A stretch of DNA of 64,000 bases, taken from positions 12,059-76,058 of the forward strand of contig CAIJZX010000012.1 of the NCBI GenBank assembly GCA_903825245.1, read 5' to 3'. The translations under genes and the position numbers were made by a program. This DNA is from Candidatus Kerfeldbacteria bacterium (lineage in GTDB: Bacteria > Patescibacteriota > Patescibacteriia > SBBC01 > CAIJZX01). Under the pieces are notes generated by a model. That model had not been told where the DNA came from, did no database searches, and worked only from the letters and a program-made list of their open reading frames with translations. Positions 60,616 to 64,000 of the stretch are shown here, one piece after another. Every line of letters starts with the position of its first letter. Within the stretch, counting starts at the first letter, position 1.

Positions 60616-60975
60616 CTACTTCTGCGGCGGTGGAACCTTCTTCCAGTCGCCACCAGCGTTGTGCACCCAGCCGGTACCGTCAAGTTCGACGATACGATTG
60701 CTGGCAAGCACCACCTTGATGTGCTTGACCCCTACCACCAACGGCAGGTGGCCGCTCTTGACCCAGCCATTCAAGGTCAGATCGTATAGATCACCGTTAT
60801 CGAACAGAACGGCCGTCCCCCCACCCATGACCGGCAACCGTTCGAGATCCGGCTGTCCGTCATACACTTGGTCGGCGCGAGCAGAAGTCGGGCTGACTTG
60901 TGTTGGCATCTTCGTCATCAGACCAATCATCAACAATCCGCCGACGATCAGCACAAGAATGAACATCCTCTTCAT
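60616..60975 (-). CDS. Small secreted or membrane-anchored hypothetical protein
   Basis: GGGAG SD, signal-like N-terminus, own promoter and terminator. Confidence 0.7.
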   Translation of the reverse strand: MKRMFILVLIVGGLLMIGLMTKMPTQVSPTSARADQVYDGQPDLERLPVMGGGTAVLFDNGDLYDLTLNGWVKSGHLPLVVGVKHIKVVLASNRIVELDGTGWVHNAGGDWKKVPPPQK

Positions 60976-61185
60976 TTTGATCTCCCAGGTTCGAGAAAGC
61001 AACCACCACGCACATCAAAATACTGGTAGAACTTAGGATATTTTGGATATTTTGTCAATGACCGCTTAATTTTTGTCGTTCTGGAAAACTTCGTGTACAC
61101 TATAGCCATGTTCATCGGCTGTATAGATGACGGGTTTATAACAAAAACACCGGAGGCGTATACCGCAGGGCGGAAAATTATGTAC

Positions 61186-61578
61186 CTATTTTTTTACAAT
61201 ATCCATCCACAATCCTGCCACCAAGGCCACGATTGAGGAAGCAAAAATAACATAGTAATTCCACTTTTCTCGCGATGACTGCAAGGTAGCGAACAAATAA
61301 TCCAACCCGGCGCGATCGGTATCGGACAGTTCTTTCAACTGCGGAATTTTTTCGGCGAGTTTCAATTCCTTGATAACTCGCGACCGACGCTTTGCAATGT
61401 CATAGCGGTGCAAGAAATAAATGACGAAACCAACTGTACCAACATACCAAATCACCCGCAGTACGACCGGATTGGCACTGGTGAAAAAGATAATTGCCCG
61501 ATAGAGAATCGTAGCGACAATCCCCGTCCAAAAGAAAAAGGCACGCGTTGCTGATCGATGCAGTGTTGGAAGCTCCAT
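61186..61578 (-). CDS. 3-TM membrane protein directly downstream of the heliorhodopsin
   Basis: Starts 6 nt after the heliorhodopsin stop. Hydrophobic segments. Confidence 0.75.
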   Translation of the reverse strand: MELPTLHRSATRAFFFWTGIVATILYRAIIFFTSANPVVLRVIWYVGTVGFVIYFLHRYDIAKRRSRVIKELKLAEKIPQLKELSDTDRAGLDYLFATLQSSREKWNYYVIFASSIVALVAGLWMDIVKK

Positions 61579-61584
61579 AGCCGA

Positions 61585-62352
61585 TTAGACTGGACGTAAC
61601 GTGCCGGCAAATACTTGCCAAGCGAGCAACGACTTCGCTACCAAACTTAACACTAAATATGTTTTTTCACCGTACAGGTAATCCGTCCATTTCCCGATTT
61701 TCTTGTATTGTAGAATCATATTGATCTCGAAACAATTGAAGAACAAGAAAATGGAAAGATAAATCCAATAGACAAACGTCGGTGCTTTGTCAGTCGGGCC
61801 GAATAAGTATATACCGATTACAATCCACGGAATTATTCCGGCGATCGAACCAAAAATAAACGCCGTCCAATCTGTTTTCGACGTAGTCTGATTATGAACC
61901 TCCATCATCCAACCGAACAGAATCATCATGGCGTTAACACCGAAGAGGCAAATGATGGTCGCGATATCGTAGATGCCGACGAGCATGGCGATAATGACAA
62001 TCATCAACGACGAGGAGAAACTGTATTCAATCCATCGCGCCAGGTTCATTCCCTTTTGTAAATTGCCAACGTACCACTCATAGATACCAGGCATCGACAC
62101 CAAGAAGTGCGCCACCGATGACAAAAACAAAAAACCAGCAACGAGTGGACCGATACGTAATTCAGCCAATGTCGACAATACCGGCGTGAGCTTTTGTGTG
62201 GCCGTATCAAAATGCAGAAAGGCCGCCGTTACTGGTAAGGCAAACTTGGAACTGAGCGCCAACATGGCCACGCCCTGAACGGCGTGCAATATTGCCATAG
62301 AAATATTCCAGGTACGCAGATTTTTAAATTTTGCTTCGAGTGTATTTGGCAT
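61585..62352 (-). CDS. heR: Heliorhodopsin
   Basis: LHAVQ, AHF, NLARWIEYSFSSSLM, GEKTYLVLSLVAKSLLAWQ (retinal-binding Lys). Confidence 0.95.
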   Translation of the reverse strand: MPNTLEAKFKNLRTWNISMAILHAVQGVAMLALSSKFALPVTAAFLHFDTATQKLTPVLSTLAELRIGPLVAGFLFLSSVAHFLVSMPGIYEWYVGNLQKGMNLARWIEYSFSSSLMIVIIAMLVGIYDIATIICLFGVNAMMILFGWMMEVHNQTTSKTDWTAFIFGSIAGIIPWIVIGIYLFGPTDKAPTFVYWIYLSIFLFFNCFEINMILQYKKIGKWTDYLYGEKTYLVLSLVAKSLLAWQVFAGTLRPV

Positions 62353-62404
62353 ACATGTATGTTTGTAAATATGTTCTCGTGATTTGTAGTATATCACATT
62401 CCGA

Positions 62405-62941
62405 TTAGCGCCGATACTTCGCGTAGACGAGTAAGTCCAACCACTTCTGTCCTTTCCGCACCGCGTGAATTTCGTTCGCTGTTCTATAAAATCCGGATTT
62501 TTCTAAGACGCGACCCGAAGCGGGGTTATTCAGTAATGTCCGTCCAATCACTCGTACCACCGGCCACCAAGAAAAAACAAATGGAACGAATTTCCGTACA
62601 ACTTTCGTCATTCTTCCTTGACCCCAATATGCTGGCGTCAGCCAGTAACCGATCTCCGCTTCATCGCCGTGACGACTCGCGCTGACCGCACCGATGACTT
62701 CCTGACCACACGTAATCACATAGTGCCGTTCATTCACCGGTCGTTGGCGGTACCGCCGTCGACACAACTGAATCCAGGTGACTGCATCGCGTCGCCGATA
62801 CGGATACGGCATGGAGGCGGTCATGACAGCAATATCCGGAACATTTGCCGCTCGACGGAGCGATTCAACATCCGTCGTTTGATATTCGCGAATAGTCATT
62901 CCGGAAACACTGAACACCGTTGGCACTAAAGAATATTTCAT
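62405..62941 (-). CDS. GNAT N-acetyltransferase (RimJ/RimL-like)
   Basis: EIGYWLTPAYWGQGRMT, NPASGRVLEKSGF. Confidence 0.9.
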   Translation of the reverse strand: MKYSLVPTVFSVSGMTIREYQTTDVESLRRAANVPDIAVMTASMPYPYRRRDAVTWIQLCRRRYRQRPVNERHYVITCGQEVIGAVSASRHGDEAEIGYWLTPAYWGQGRMTKVVRKFVPFVFSWWPVVRVIGRTLLNNPASGRVLEKSGFYRTANEIHAVRKGQKWLDLLVYAKYRR

Positions 62942-63190
62942 TTAGTGGAGGTGAATACCGTGCCACCGCCGTCCATCAATATACACCACGCGGTACCATA
63001 ACTGACCAATAAAATATCCGGCGACCAAACCGATTCCGATACACACCCAGAACCAGACATTAATAATGTTTAACAGGTCATTCAATACAGCAAAGTAAAT
63101 TTGCATACAAACACTAACAAGTGCCCAGAGTATCATCGAGCTCAAGATATACACTGGCTTTTTCCAATCAGGCTGAGGTATTGGGGTCAT
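62942..63190 (-). CDS. Small 2-TM protein
   Basis: Tightly packed between neighbours. Hydrophobic segments. Confidence 0.65.
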   Translation of the reverse strand: MTPIPQPDWKKPVYILSSMILWALVSVCMQIYFAVLNDLLNIINVWFWVCIGIGLVAGYFIGQLWYRVVYIDGRRWHGIHLH

Positions 63191-63193
63191 AAG

Positions 63194-64000
63194 TTATTGT
63201 GTAACATTAATAAGTGGCCTGGCCGGTGCTGTCACGGTCGCGTTTCCGGTAGTAGCCGATGGAAGGATTGTGGTATCGGTCCCGGTAAGCAACGATTCAA
63301 TCAATGGCACGACGACACCTTTTTGATACAAGGTAACACTAATCGGCACATCCTTCACCGCAAACCACAGTGCAGGCACGAGATAATCTGTACCGTCATT
63401 CGAAAGTTGATATGAGCTGATCATGTATACCGGGGTTGGCGCAGAGAGTGGAACGCCGTTCGTTGTTCCGTCGACCGAAGCTGGTTGATAGAGTCCGCCG
63501 CGCTTCGCTACTGCCAACACCGCCGCCGGATCAGTCACGAGCGAATATTGCGATGCCGTAAACTGCAGATCCGTGATATTGGAAGCGCCGGAAACTGATT
63601 GTGTGGCGCTATCTATCGTGATGGTTAGGCCATAGGGAAATCCGCTTTGGTCGACAACTGGCGTTCCCTGCACTATCCATGGATACACCACTGAAATCAC
63701 TGGTGAGTACACGATCGTATCCGTCGCTTGAGCCATCGGCATCGTGAAGTAATTGTCATCCTCTACGATCGGCGTTCCAAAATGTTCTTTGGATATTCCG
63801 TGGGCATCGAGGAATGTTTGGGCAATCGTCAGAGCTTCGGTGGAAGACAGTGTTGAACCGCTATTCACTGACGATGGCATCATTTTTTCATTCGTCACAA
63901 ATGATTGACGATACAGTGACGTCGTACCGCGCTGTGTGTCGATGGATATGGTATACCCATCGCTTCCCTGCTCAGTCAGAGTCATAGAATCTAAACGGAG
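63194..64000 (-). CDS. Hypothetical extracellular-type protein, 5' end outside the window
   Basis: Frame open to the right edge. Ser/Thr-rich and beta-rich. Confidence 0.75.
   Translation of the reverse strand, partial: LRLDSMTLTEQGSDGYTISIDTQRGTTSLYRQSFVTNEKMMPSSVNSGSTLSSTEALTIAQTFLDAHGISKEHFGTPIVEDDNYFTMPMAQATDTIVYSPVISVVYPWIVQGTPVVDQSGFPYGLTITIDSATQSVSGASNITDLQFTASQYSLVTDPAAVLAVAKRGGLYQPASVDGTTNGVPLSAPTPVYMISSYQLSNDGTDYLVPALWFAVKDVPISVTLYQKGVVVPLIESLLTGTDTTILPSATTGNATVTAPARPLINVTQ

Noticed and set aside
1-64000. CRISPR arrays, DGR/retron reverse transcriptase, integrase or transposase, rRNA/tRNA
   Set aside because: None recognised by eye or in the ORF track. Long dispersed repeats could be missed without a self-alignment.

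Overview
Gene-dense bacterial chromosome segment. The compact operons, mostly SD-less core genes and gene content suggest Patescibacteria/CPR (inference). It holds: (i) orphan ORFs plus an AdoMetDC/SpeD-family decarboxylase; (ii) a cell-wall cluster (mraY, murD-ftsW-murG-murC-murB, methyltransferase, raiA); (iii) a GT-C glycosyltransferase followed by a type IV pilus assembly operon (pilB-pilC-pilM-pilN-pilO-like); (iv) rpmA and a murA-ctpA-rplI-pyrG operon; (v) a module of uncharacterised membrane/surface proteins around a second GT-C; (vi) a ~22 kb convergent surface-glycan locus (nucleotide-sugar enzymes, Wzx, methyltransferases, GT2/GT4s, GtrA); (vii) an S8 protease, an HtrA-like pseudoprotease, mutY, an ABC transporter and a heliorhodopsin. 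The most notable unannotated signals are non-coding: a multi-stem leader RNA abutting the SD of the speD-like gene (riboswitch candidate), a stand-alone rod-shaped ncRNA with tandem promoters and a terminator (6S-like), and a GC-rich four-way-junction element. No tRNA, rRNA, CRISPR array or transposase was recognised. All RNA structures were paired by eye, not computed.
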